Below, piece by piece: positions 51,050-63,479 of a stretch of 64,000 nt of DNA; position 1 is the stretch's first letter; each line of letters starts with the position of its first letter. The position numbers and the translations under genes were made by a program. The notes below the pieces were generated by a model, which did not search any database, was not told where the DNA came from, and was given only the letters and a program-made list of their open reading frames with translations. Source of the DNA: Vicugna vicugna (lineage: Eukaryota); the NCBI GenBank assembly GCA_013265495.1, contig MU058384.1, forward strand, positions 3,075,010 to 3,139,009, given 5' to 3'.

Positions 51050-51515
51050 AAGGGTATGACATAAGAATGATCTAGAAAACTATGATAACAGGGTGGTAAA
51101 TGGGTTGGAAGGAATTAAGAGTAGAAATGGGCAAAATAATACAAAGGACATTTACAATAAATAATCTGAGTGATTGTGAGGTGAAGGTTCAATCTATGGC
51201 AGCCAGAGTGTGACAGACATAGGGAACCTGGAAAAGATGTTAAGAGGACACCATTGACAGGCATATTGATGCAGAAGAAAGAAGAACTAAGAAAGACCCT
51301 GAAGTTCGTGGCCTAAGTGACAGAACTATCAATAATGTCATTTATTGAATGGGGAGCAAAGTGTGAATTGTGCTGGTGGGGAGATAGATGGTGGTCTCAA
51401 TTTGAACATGTTGAATATGAAATGTCCTTGGAATATCCAGGTGGAGCTGCCCCACAAGCTGAGTGGTACATAGGTTAGAAGAGAGGTCTGGACTAGAGAT
51501 TAGGATTTGCCGTGT
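51050..51515 (-). mobile_element. L2 LINE fragment
   Basis: TTTGAACATGTTGAATATGAAATGTCCTTGGAATATCCAGGTGGAG...GAGAGGTCTGGACTAGAGAT. Confidence 0.75.
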
Positions 51516-51519
51516 TAGA

Positions 51520-51712
51520 CCCCCTAGTAGTATAAGCTTAGGCAAGTTAATTAATCTCTCTATGTACCAACTTCTTCATCTGTAAGATGGGAATAAAAAT
51601 AGTACCTATTTCATAGGGTTGTTACCAGGGTTAAGTGACTTAATACACATAAATTTCTTAGTGCCTGGCACTATATAAAGTAATAGCTATTATTTGTCAT
51701 TATTATTATTAT
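51520..51712 (+). mobile_element. MIR SINE
   Basis: GGCAAGTTAATTAATCTCTCT...TCATCTGTAAGATGGGAATAAAAATAGTACCTATTTCATAGGGTTGTT. Confidence 0.9.
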
Positions 51713-51757
51713 CCCTGTTACTGCCTTTGACAAGATACCCCATTACGTGTATTTTTT

Positions 51758-52350
51758 TTATTCTAGTTTTCTCTTTTTTTCAGCCTCATTGAGGTATAAT
51801 TGACAATTTAAATTATAGGATATTTCAAGTATACAATGTGATAACATATATATATAGCCCCATCCCCATCAAGTTAATTAACACATCCAACACCTCATAT
51901 ACTTACCTTTGTGTGTGCATGTGAACATTTAAGCTCTACTCTCTTAGCAAATTTCAATTGTACAATACTGTGTTATCAACTATAGTCATCATATTACCCA
52001 CTGGGTCTCAGACCTTATTCATTTTAAAACTGAAATTTATACCTGTTTACCAATCTCTCCCTACTTCCCCTAACTCCCAGCCCTGGCAACTAACTTCTAC
52101 TCTCTGTTTCTATGAGTTCCCCTTTTTTAATTTTAATTTTTTAGATTCCACATATAAGTGAGATCATGTAGTACTTGTCTTTCTCTGTCTGGCTTATTTC
52201 ACTTAGTATAATGCCCTCCAGCTTCATCCATGTTGTAGCAAGTTACAGAATTTCTTTTAAGTCTGAATAATATTCCATTACATATAATAATAATGGAATA
52301 TATATATATATATATATAAATCACATTTTCTGGATCCATGCATCCATTGA
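51758..52350 (-). mobile_element. 5'-truncated L1 (L1MA-age) 3' end
   Basis: ATTGAGGTATAATTGACA...TAGATTCCACATATAAGTGAGATCATG. Degenerate 17-bp TSD CATTACGTGTATTTTTT (51741-51757) / CATCACATGTATTCTTT (52351-52367). Confidence 0.9.
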
Positions 52351-53639
52351 CATCACATGTATTCTTTAATTGTCTTCTCCAACTGTCCTCACTTCCTCCT
52401 GCCACTCATTCTTGGTGAAACCCTTTGTTCTCACAGTTCATACAAAGTTTCACAGAGGCCTGTATCTTTAAAAAAAAATACATAACTTAAAATGAGCTGT
52501 GTTTATTGCTAGTTGAAGAGTCCCCAGAAGAGCCTGCTATGGAAGATCTCTCAGTCCACACTAACACCCACCTTGAGCCCAGTGAGAAATGTGATACTGA
52601 TGCCTCTGCAGCTTTTACAAAAACAACTTTTATTTTTTCCTGATTATAGAATTAATGCCTGTACCTTGTACAAATCTTGGGGGGAAAAAACAACAAAGTA
52701 TAAAGAAGAAAGTGAAAATCACCTATAGTCAAGACATAAGCACCATGTGAGTATTTATCATCCGTTTATTTTTGATGATTTCCTCCCCAGGAGATGGTGG
52801 CAGAGACTACCCTCAGCCTAACCCCATGCTGCCTGCACACTGACCCTGCTTCTGCTGATCTGCCATGCAGGTGACTTAAGACATTCAGTGGGATTATTGG
52901 GTTTCAGAAAATTGCCAGGCTGGGAATAAATGCAGCATTTGTTTTGAGTGTCCTGGCTGAATTCCAGCTGAAGCCCTGATGGTTTCAGGGTCTCAGTTGT
53001 AACTTCAATTGGATTAGTTACCCATTAGTTCTTATTCTGACCCGGGGTGGGGGGATGCGGGCTCGGGTAAATCAGGAGTGGCTGCTTTTAAGTAAAGGGA
53101 GCCCTGCCGAGTGGGCTCTGTAAATCATCCCCCTCCACCCACAGGGAGAGCTCTGGAGGGATCAAAGGCTCTGGGAAAGATCAGGGTGTCATTGACCCTC
53201 CCGTTGCCACCACCCGCTGGCACCCTCCCCCGATCAGTGTGGACCTGCGGAGCTGGACCACCACTGCTGGCATATTTCTCTATTATGGAATCTCTGTCCA
53301 CCTCAGAAATCATGCGTGCTTGCTGAGCACCCTGGTTTATCCCCTGCCCAAGTTTTACAGACATTTCACCTGTCTTTCATTTTAAAAGTGAGAAGGATAT
53401 TTGACACTGTAAGTTAACTAGGTGATACAGTTTAAATATTCTGATCACAGACAAGATCTAGGAAGCAAAAATTAGTTTACTGACCCAATACATATCAGAT
53501 GGTGAAGGTGAAAACTTTCTAAGGACCAGTAGTCCAGAGCCCAAACTGGCAGAAAATGTTGCTTAAATATTCTGATCATGTAGAAAGGGGGTCAGCATGC
53601 CCCGAGCTCTGAATCAGAGGAAATCAAAATACACTGAGT

Positions 53640-53990
53640 CCAACAGTACCCTAATTGCTGCTGATTTGAATTCAGCAGCACATTTTGCATCATACCAATA
53701 AATGACCTTTCTTCAGGGGTGCACTGGCATGATTGTTGGGACCTTGTAACAAATACCTAGTGCCATTTAATGATGGAATGACAGATCTCTGATATGCAAA
53801 TTTTTACAGCCCAGCAATTAAGCAGTTTAGAATTTTACGACAGTGTTTGGGCTTTAGACAACAACAAAAAAGGGGGCCAATAAAGGCCTGTGATGGATGG
53901 GCTAATCCCCACTGGAAATATACCATGTAATGCTGTGGAGACAATACATTATGGATAGCATTGTGATGATTGGTTGTTAATCTCCCTTCC
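53640..53990. promoter_or_regulatory. Candidate developmental enhancer (PBX-HOX/MEIS/octamer/posterior-HOX cluster)
   Basis: TGACAG 53779-53784, ATGCAAAT 53794-53801, TTTTACGAC 53833-53841, CCAATAAA 53695-53702 and 53877-53884, TGATGGATGG 53891-53900, TAATCC 53903-53908. Confidence 0.6.
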
Positions 53991-54779
53991 CGTCCTCCCC
54001 CAGATCCCTGTAAGCCCTTGCTCTTGCCACCCCTCCACCCCGACCCCATCTCCCATCCCCTTCACCCCACCCCATGCGCGGCAGCCACGCTGTTGGGACA
54101 CGAGTCTAGGGTACAGATGGGAAAGTCGGGGCATAGCAGTCTGCTGGGTGCACAGAATACAGAGCAAAAGGGGCTTGCAGCGAGGCAGCAAGTCAGCAGG
54201 GGACAGAACTGGGGGCCATATGCCGCTCTTCTTCTCCCTTCTGTCACCCAGTCTGCCACCTCATCCTTCTGTCAGGGGACACTAATGATGAACATGTTTT
54301 AAACAGTTTTGTTTACCTAGCAACAGCTTTTCTAAGAGGGGGTCTTAATTAGTCACCTTAAACAATTTGGGGTTTGGATCTTTTCTTTTTTTTTAAGCAT
54401 CCATTCATTTGTTCATTCATCTGGAAGAATCTCCTCTGGCTCGTTCCACACGCCCGCCCCTCCCCCGCCCCCATACCCAGGAGGCTGTTGTTACTGTTTC
54501 CATGAAAAAGTGTGTCTGCATTACAAAACTAGTTTTAATAGCTATCTGCCATTTTTCTTTCTTTCATACATACTTTAATACCACAATTAGCTTTGAAGGG
54601 TAGATTTTTCTCCACTTGTCAGAGGCAGTGTTCCTTTGTGAAGCTCTTCAAATAGGATCTGCATTTTAAAATGAAATCCCATTTGGCGATTTTTTTTCCC
54701 CCATAACGTTGTACTAGTGGTTGCAGTCTCTTCCCTGGTAAAGGAGGCTCAAAGCTGATTTCACCATTCACTCTACCAT

Positions 54780-54810
<31 letters not shown>

Positions 54811-55619
54811 GAAGTTCTAATCTGAATTTCATCAATTATGTTATTTGTTTTCTTTTTTAAGTTTGATTCACAAAGTACAGTGAAAACATAGTAGCTTCCT
54901 AGTGTTTTCTGAGCTACTTTGGCTTTTGGGTCTCTTTATTTAGTTTAAAGCATTTTTAAATATTATGAATTCATTGATTTCTATTTATAGAAAAGGCAAA
55001 ATTCTTAGAAATCTATTAAAGCTTAAGAAGAGTTAACTCAAAATGAAGTAGAAACAAGTTCCAAAGTAGCATCACACAAAACATCGAGAGTGAAATGCTC
55101 TATTCGCAGTAAAATTTGTGGCGAATGGGTTAACCACCAAAAACAATAGAACCAAATGTGTTTAATCATTAACTCTCATTAAACAATGGTGTCCATAAAA
55201 GTCAAATGACACAGGCTAATTCCTACAGGGCTACCTCTGCTTTTACATTACGGAACCAGCTTCTGCCTTATTGTAAGAGAATAGCACCTCTTTCAAGTCA
55301 CTAGTTGTTTCTCATAGAATCCAGGAACCACTGAAGCCATGGGATTATTCACCACTGAATACCAAGCTTCATGTTTATTCAGAACAAGGTGGAATAATTA
55401 AAACGTAGGCCTGGCAGAAACAGAAAAGAGCTGATCCCAGCAGACAGTTCTTAGAATAAATATTTTATTTTTGTTGGTAACTTAGTTTGGGTTTTAGTAA
55501 GACAGGTAATCCTTTTTGACTATTTCTTGTTTTCTTTCTATGAATTATAATAGTTCAGAAATAAGTTTTTGTTCAGAACTCTAAAGATGAATTTTTCAAT
55601 TCAACTGATTTTTTTTCCA

Positions 55620-56170
55620 TTTTAATTAATAGACTTTATTTTTAGAGCAACATTAGGTTTACAAAAAAAAATTGAGCAGAAAGTAGAGTTTCCATATATT
55701 TCCTCATCTTTCCCTACGTCTCCCCTGTTATTAATACCTTGCATTAGTATAGAACATTTGTTAAATTTATGAACCAATATTGATACATTATTATTAACTA
55801 AAATTCATAGTTCAGGTTAGGGTTCATTCCTTGTGTTGTACAGTTCTATGGGCTTTGACAAATGTGTATCTACAGGCACCTACTCTTGCAGTATCACACA
55901 GAGTGGCTTCACTGCCCTGAACATTCCCTGTGTCTCTCCTGCGTGTTCTTCCTTCTGTCCCCAACTCCTGGCAACCCCTGGTCTTTTCACTGTTGCTGTA
56001 GCTTTGCCTTTTCTAGAATGTCATATATTTGGTATCATACTTGTTGTATGATACCACTTTCATTTGGGCTTCTTTCACTTGGTAATATGCATTTAAGATT
56101 CTTTCATATCTTTTCATGACTTAATAGCTTATTTTTTTATTCACATAGTATTCCATGGTGTGGATGTACC
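55620..56170 (-). mobile_element. L1MC-like 3' end
   Basis: TAGACTTTATTTTTAGAGCAAC...GAACCAATATTGATACATTATTATTAACTAAAATTCATAG. Homologous to 25057-25682. Confidence 0.9.
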
Positions 56171-56513
56171 AAGATGAATTTTTATAGCATTTAACTGTCT
56201 CATTACTGTCAAAATTAGAAAAATCTACCCTTCGAAGCTAGTTGGGTGTATATATTGTGCAGTTCGTTTGATTCTTAAATTTGAAGAGAAATTTGAAAAA
56301 GTTGTTTGTTTAAAAAGTTTGCCCTTGACTTTATGCTACCTAGTAATATACACATTATAATTATTTAGTGTAAGCTACATAAATATTAAGTGAAAAAAGA
56401 AAATCCTCGAAGCAGCTGTGGTCAGCGGAGGATGCTTGGTGAGGTTTACGGTTAACCAAGAAGTGTCATCTCAGCTAATGTGTATGCCACACCGGGAGGG
56501 ACAAAAACATTCT

Positions 56514-56533
56514 GTGTGTGTGTGTGTGTGTGT
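56514..56533. repeat. (TG)n microsatellite
   Basis: About 10 TG units. Confidence 0.95.
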
Positions 56534-58941
56534 ACCTGGAAAAAGAGAACTTCACATTTTCAGTAAGAAAACTTGCTAAGAATGCCGTCAAGAAGGTGAG
56601 CACAGCAAGTCACCTGGGCAGACTTTTGAAGAATCATTCGGTAGATGCCTCGGAATCACATATTTTAGGATAAGTAGGTACCGATGAGCCTAAGGAAAGA
56701 CTCAAATGGAAAATCTGTGGTTGATGAAGACCATCTCTCACAGCATCACTTGGTGTAAGATAGCTGCTCATGGTGGAACAGTGATCAAATTGTGTAGGAA
56801 TCAGGAGTCTTTGGGCGGGGGTGGGGTTGAGATACTGGTGACTTCCCCTTTCAGAATTAACATGATTAGAATCAAACTGAGAGGCTGGGATGGTCCCAGC
56901 TGAGGTCCAAGGGTCAGAAAAGACCCCAAGACCATGAAATGAAACTTACAAGTTACAGGGGGAAGTGAGGACTCCAACCCAGTCCAACACCAGAGGCCAA
57001 ATGCACAGGGCACTGTGTGTAGTTGAGGTTGGAGGCTGACCCTTGAGCCACTTCCTCGCAGTGGTTTGCTTCCCAAATGGATGTGGCCTGAAGGAGCAGG
57101 ACCAGGAAGCCCCAAAGTTGGGTGGCTCTACAGCCCCCCGGGGACCTGGACTCCGCCCAAAGTATCACCTCAGCAGAGGGAAGCGTTTGGGGCAACTGTG
57201 CAGGACCAGTACCAACTCTTAATGTTTCCTTTTTACTCTCCACCTGGCGTCTAGATGCAGGGGACCGGTATTAACTTATTGACCCCCGATGCTATTGGAT
57301 AATTCAAGGAGTGGGGAGATCTTAAGAGGAAGGCTTTCTGTTTGAGTAGCTCATTTGAAAAAAAAAAAAAAGGAAAAGACTGTGGCTTCCTTTGTACCCC
57401 ATCCTGGTGATGAGAGCCATATCATAATATGTTCCAGCTCAGACTTTAATTAAGGAGTAACTCTTCTTTCCTATCAAAAGGCATGTATGTATATAGAACA
57501 CTACCTCTGCCTTCGACAGAGTGAGCAGGGCGCTGATGAGGGCAAAGAACCAAAGGTTGCCGGACATACAGATTAGGTTGAGATGCAAACTGAGTCTCAA
57601 CATCGTACACAGAATAATCTGTTCCTTGTTGAACACAAACATTTTGTAGGGCTTATTACAGGGCTGCAAAGTCTTTTTATTCCCCCCACAATATATATAT
57701 TTTTTACTTCTAAGGTGCACACTTAAAAAATATATTTTAATATCACTGCCATCATGATCTGTGTTAATCAGGTGCATCTCCCATTTGCTGTTTGTTTTGA
57801 GGAAGTGGTTGTTATTGGCTACAATACTCAAGTTGGGCCAGAGCTGTTTATGTTATTATCACTTCATTGAAGTCACGTACTTGGTTAGTAACAATGAGTT
57901 GAGCTGCTATTTATGTCGGCTTCTTGTTGGAGAACTTTCTATTGATTCATTCCATTAAGTTTTGTTTTTTTTTTTAATCAGCATCAATGGATATCAGCAA
58001 CTTAGAGGAAGATCCCAGAGGAGCACTTTTTAAAGAAATGGTGCATCTGATACCTCTGTTGACACAGATATATTATTGTGTGGAGAGTCCCAGGTAATCA
58101 GAAAGCATTGCTAGGTAATTTAACTGGAAGCCTTTCTTATTTTGGTCTTTCTTGGTGCTACATAAAATAATGGAGCATCTTTCTATCAAAGATTTCTTAG
58201 TTGCATAGAAGAGAACCGACTGTGTGAAGATTCATTGTTAACATCACCATCTAGCCATCTGAGGTGTTTGCTGGGTTATGTATCTAACCCACCAATTCCA
58301 ACACTTTAAACATATTTTGCTTTGATAAAACACAATTGCTTAATTTTTCAAATGTGTTACTACTAGTCTTCCTTGTAAAATTTAAAGGAAGATATGGAAC
58401 AAATTTTCATCATCTCCAACAACAATCTATTTGTAAAACATCCTAATGTTGCTACTCTAAACACACATTATACAACCTGCATCCCTATTTGTGCTCATAT
58501 ATATTAATATATCATAATTCTAAGAGAATTCTAAGGTCAAATACATTTGTCTATTATAGTCAGGTCTGTACCAGCTGGATGCCATGTTACAAACCACGTG
58601 TGGAGTCAAGATTCTGGTACCTAGAGTAAGCGATATGAGCAGCTCTACTTATGGAAAATGTTTTAAAATCATTTTTATTTAGTTGTTCAACAAATATTAT
58701 TGAATGCATTATGGCAGACATGGAAGAAACAGGTAAATAAGCATGTGTCATGTAAACATTTAACCAACTGAAACTATTTCTTCCTCACTTTCCCCTAAAA
58801 CCCATGGTAGCCTTTTAAATGAAGGGGCATCCTTCATTTCTTCAGCAGTCACGTAATAAGCAAGAGTATGAACCTACCTCTGTCTCTCTGTCTCTGTCTC
58901 TATCTCTGCCTGTTGTCTCTCTCTCACTGCCACCCCCCCCA

Positions 58942-58968
<27 letters not shown>
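58942..58968. repeat. (CA)n microsatellite preceded by a (TC)-rich tract
   Basis: Seen directly. Confidence 0.95.
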
Positions 58969-58972
<4 letters not shown>

Positions 58973-59629
58973 AGAAAGAAGAAACTGCTCAAAAAAGAAG
59001 ACATTATGTCTTCTGGTTTCCACCCATGTTAGAATGACAAGAACCGGGCTTCTCCTCCAATAGTAAACAGCAATTAAAACAGATGAAATACACGAAGTAA
59101 CTGTGAATTTTAGGTATGGATTAATAGACAATGCAGGCTTGTTGTCCCAGGAAGAAAGAAAACTCCTGAGGCGAGTCCTACCTTCACCCTCGCTTCCTGC
59201 CTGGACGTCCTTTCCAAACGGCCGGCCAGGGAGCTTCTCTTTCACTGGGTGGAGAAACAGGGACTGGGATTTGAGTCTGGTGAGGCAGCTGTGGTTTGCA
59301 AGGCAGAGTAGCCAAAGAGGAGAAAGATGCATGGAAAAGGAGCTCCAAAATCTGTGTAAGCATCCTCTTTGTCTTTGTCTGGAAAAACGTGCAGAGCGTG
59401 ACTCTCTGAGGCAAGACAGAGAACAGCTGTTGGTCTCTACTGGATTTCCAAAGCTCTCAAGTGCAGGGAGATGCTGGGTTTCCAATCAGCCCAAGGAGCA
59501 AACACTCTAAACACCGTAGGTGTTATCGGGGGCACCAGAAAGGCCAGATCTTTTCAGTCACGTATTTCCAGGTTAAAATCCTTCCTTGACTCCCTGTTGC
59601 TCTCAGGGAAAAGTGCTGAAATTCTCATA

Positions 59630-59703
59630 CCAGCCTCCAGCATGTCTGGGTCCCGCGATCACTCCAGCCTCCAGCATGTCTGGGTCCTGCGATCACTCCA
59701 GCC
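59630..59703. repeat. 34-bp tandem duplication (2.2 copies)
   Basis: CCAGCCTCCAGCATGTCTGGGTCC(C/T)GCGATCACT twice, then CCAGCC. Confidence 0.95.
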
Positions 59704-59859
59704 ACCTCTTCTCCCTGCTCTGGGGCATTCTGTACCCCAAGCACCACTTTCTCAGTTCCCTCTGACCGCAGGGTCTTTAACCACACTGCTCCCCCTACCT
59801 GAGATACTTCTTCTATTTTATCTAATCAGACTGGCTAAAAAATAGCCAGACCCAGGATA

Positions 59860-60030
59860 TTTATGTCAGTGAAACTACTCTGTATGATACATGTCATTAT
59901 ACATTTGTCAAAACCCATAGAATGTACAAGACCAAGAGTGACTCCTAATGTAAACCATGGACTTCGAGTGATACTGATGCATCAGCATAGGTTCACTGAG
60001 TGTAATAAATGTACCACTCTCGTAGGAGAC
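59860..60030 (+). mobile_element. L1MC-like 3' UTR fragment
   Basis: CATGTCATTATACATTTGTCAAAACCCATAGAATGTACAAGACCAAGAGTGA. Confidence 0.8.
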
Positions 60031-60215
60031 TTTTTAAAATTGAAGTATAGCCAGTTTACAATGTTGTGTCCATTTCTGGTGTACAGCATAATGTTTCAGT
60101 CATACATATACATATATATATTTGTTTTCATATTCTTTTTCATTATAGGTTACTGCAAGATATTGGATATAGTTCCCTGTGCTATACAGTAGAAACTTGT
60201 TGTTTATCTATTTTT
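60031..60215 (-). mobile_element. Young camelid-type L1 3' end
   Basis: ATTGAAGTATAGCCAGTTTACAATGTTGTGTCCATTTCTGGTGTACAGC, the reverse complement of the family at 3712-4036. Confidence 0.85.
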
Positions 60216-60339
60216 ACATTTTAAATTATGACTACAGCAGGGTATTCTTAAATTTCTGGTAGCTTCTGATTCATTCTTCCTTTTGATGATTTTATAAGCA
60301 TCTACTTCCCTATATTAAATCCCTTTCTTCTTAAAATTA

Positions 60340-60840
60340 AAAAATAAAGAAAGCAAAGCCCAATTATGTGTTGATTGCAAGAGACACAATTTAAATATAA
60401 AGACAAAGATAGATTAAAAGTGAGAACGTTTCTCTCTTAGTAATTGCTTGAATAATTGGACAAAAGAATAATTCGAGTATAGAGAATTTGAACAACTCCT
60501 GACTAATCTCTGTGTTAAGAATATTACTTTCAACCACTGTAGGGTATCCATTCCTTTCAAATGCGCATAGAACATTCACCAAGATAGACCATATCTGGTC
60601 CATAAAACAAGTCTCAATAAATTTAAAAAGGTTGAAATCATACAAAGTATGGTTTCTGCCTGCAGTAGAATTAGATTAGAAATCAATAATCAAAAGATAT
60701 AAACAAAATCTTCAAAAATTTTAAAATTAAAAAACACATTTCTGAATAACTCATGGGTCAAGAAAGAAATCACAAAGGAAATTTTTATTTTTTTAACCAA
60801 AGGCTAATAATGACAACATGACAGGTTAAAATTTGCTAAA
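60340..60840 (+). mobile_element. Old L1 ORF2 endonuclease-region fragment
   Basis: TTGCAAGAGACACAATTTAAA (LQET motif) and ACATTCACCAAGATAGACCATAT (TFTKIDH motif). Confidence 0.85.
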
Positions 60841-60888
60841 ACAAGCCGGATGTCAGCAATACTCGGATATTGACTGGATGATTTAACA

Positions 60889-61090
60889 CAGGGGTTGGCA
60901 ACTGTTTTCTGTAAATTGCCAGATAGTTAATATTTTAATCTCTGTAGCAACTATTCATCTGCCATTATAGCATGAAAGCAGATACAGCCAGTAGGTAAAC
61001 CAATGGGCATGGCTGTGTTCCAATAAAACTTTCTTCACAAAAACAGATGGTGGGATGGATTTGGCCCAGAGGCTGTAGTTTGCTAACTCA
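60889..61090. mobile_element. MER58A hAT-Charlie element
   Basis: CAGGGGTTGGCAAC...GGGCATGGCTGTGTTCCAATAAAACTT...GTAGTTTGCTAAC. Confidence 0.9.
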
Positions 61091-61339
61091 GCTTTCAGGA
61101 TATAAGGAAGTAATACCGCTTCAAAAAATCAAATATTCTTTTCTATAGAGCCCATTATGCCCTGCATACATTTAACCTGTGTCTCCCAGTCCCACTAACT
61201 ACCCTTAGCTAGTTCAGAAGCTGGTTGTAGGAGTGGCCCGAAGGAGGAAGCCATGGCCTCCTCTATTTGTCCAGTGGGTGTTCTTCATTTCTAAAATCCC
61301 TGTAGCCATACCTCTTCCTGCCACTATAAAAATAAATCG

Positions 61340-61586
61340 TATTTGTAGATACTAACTACTATATATAAAATAGATAAACAACAAGGTCCTGCTGGGAACA
61401 GGGAACTATGTTTAATACTTTTTAATTACCTATAATGAAAAAGAACATGTATATTGACTGTACTTCAAGAAAAAAAAGAAAAAAAGAATATATATATATG
61501 TATAGAACTGAATCAGTATGCTGTATGCCAGAAATTAACACAACATTGTAAATCGACTATACTTCAATAATAATAATAATAATAAA
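61340..61586 (+). mobile_element. Camelid-type L1 3' end
   Basis: ACTACTATATATAAAATAGATAAACAACAAGGTCCT...CACAACATTGTAAATCGACTATACTTCAATAA followed by (TAA)n. Confidence 0.85.
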
Positions 61587-63479
61587 GCTGGAGCAAGAGG
61601 CATTCAAAAAAAACTGAAGTTGAAAAGAATATTTTTGTTAAAATCTGAGATCCAGGCTGAACTTGAAAATTGAGAGAAAACTGATGAGTTTTAAAGTAAA
61701 TCTAAAGACTCAATGAGATAGAAGATTAAAAGTGTGAAAAATGAAAGATTAAACTATAAGGCCCAAATGCAATGAAAATGTTAAATTTTAAAGTTATGAG
61801 ATTAAAGGTTAAAGATAAAAACTAAGCATCGGTCATGTAGGAATAAAAATTGTAAATCAACAAGAATTAAGAGGATCAAAGAACTATCTTAAAAAGAAAA
61901 GGAGACAAAAAAGAGTAGAGATTACAAAAATATGTGAAGAATAATAGAAAGAGAAAAAACATATGAACACGGGAGGCGCTGAGGTCTCAAAACCGAGACT
62001 TGAGCAGGGAGACGCTGGCAGCCTTCTCTTGGAAAGAGGCCTCTGTCCTGTGTAGGAAGCACCCCACCTCCCCGGAGACTGGAACAGGCAGGATAGAAGC
62101 TGGGACTGTGGCTCCTCCCTGAAAAGTGATGGAAAACTGGGTGGGGGCCTGTATGTGCATAAGAACATTGTGCAAAATTTTATATAAAATTGTAGAAAAA
62201 GCATATATGAAATCATACAAATGAAAATTATACATAATAGATATAATTGTATATATTTTTATATAATCTATATATATGATTTTATGTACACATATGAAAA
62301 TTGTATTTGTTTACGTCCAAGTCAGATCTTCTGACCTCTAGCCAAAAATATGAGCACACATGCACGCACACACACACTACACACTGACGTGTAGATGCTC
62401 ACACCCACGCCCACGACATTTCATTCATTGCTCAGGACGGATAACAACGGTCACTTGGGAGCTGAACTCGCTGTCCAGGGAAATGACCGTGGTCCTTTGG
62501 AAGACAGGCATTTTCAGACACAGTCAAGGAATCCCAGCACTTCCCTTTCTCAAGTAAAGACAAGCCTCAAGATGGGAGGCTGCCTAAAGGACATTGGGCG
62601 AAAACTTCAAGGCAGTTCTTGTTCCGTTAGTGACCCTGCAGGTGTTCCCACCCCTTGAAAACAGGTGCAGAAAAGTCATTTTGTTAGCAAATGCTGATCA
62701 GTTGGAAAACCTTTTTTTTTTCCAAACCATAGACACAATAGGAGAACAGGACATGTTTTCCTGTTCATGGTTGCAGTGTTATCTGTGTTGGGAGGATGGC
62801 TCTGGCTGCTACATTTTGCAGGTTGTACAATCTAGAAACCTCACGGCTCCAGGGTCACACTTTACTGACACTTGTCCTTCCTCATCACTGGGGATGCCCT
62901 TCACGAGGTAGGGTGAGCTGCTTTCTATGATATGAGTTTTTAAGTAAATATGAGATTGTTAAACTAAATGTGAGCTTATTTGGGCTCTAAGTGATGGAAT
63001 GGATATAAACAAACCAAAAGTAGGTATTTTTTTGTTTTGTTTTGCTTGTTCAAACTACGTCAAACTTCTAATGCAGTGGTGTTTGGAGCTGGCATGAACC
63101 GGCTTGCAATAGCCTCTCATTGGCAAGTCTTCCCAAGTCAATTTGGTAACTTGGAGTCAGCCATGGAGCAAGTGTTACATGACAGAAATCAGCAGGTACA
63201 AAAAAAAAAAAAAATCAGGTTTTTTTTCCCCTAGAGGGCCTGTTGTTAAAAATTACCAACACTCCACTGCTGTAAGATAAAGGGACAATTGTTCTCTTAT
63301 TATTAAAAACTTTTTCTGCACTAAAATGGTGAAATGTATTTGTTTGGGGGCTTACTAATGAGAACCCTATCTTAAGAGAAGGACTGATAAATATATTTGG
63401 TTCTGTTCGGATCTTTGAAAAACTTTAACTGGATAATATTAGTTAGATAAAATTCTATTAATTGGTAAAAGAAATTTTT

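Noticed and set aside
58874..59510. Longest ORFs (203 aa on -, 135 aa on +)
   Set aside because: The 203-aa ORF runs through microsatellites (CVCVCV, ETETER). Neither has a recognisable domain or exon structure.
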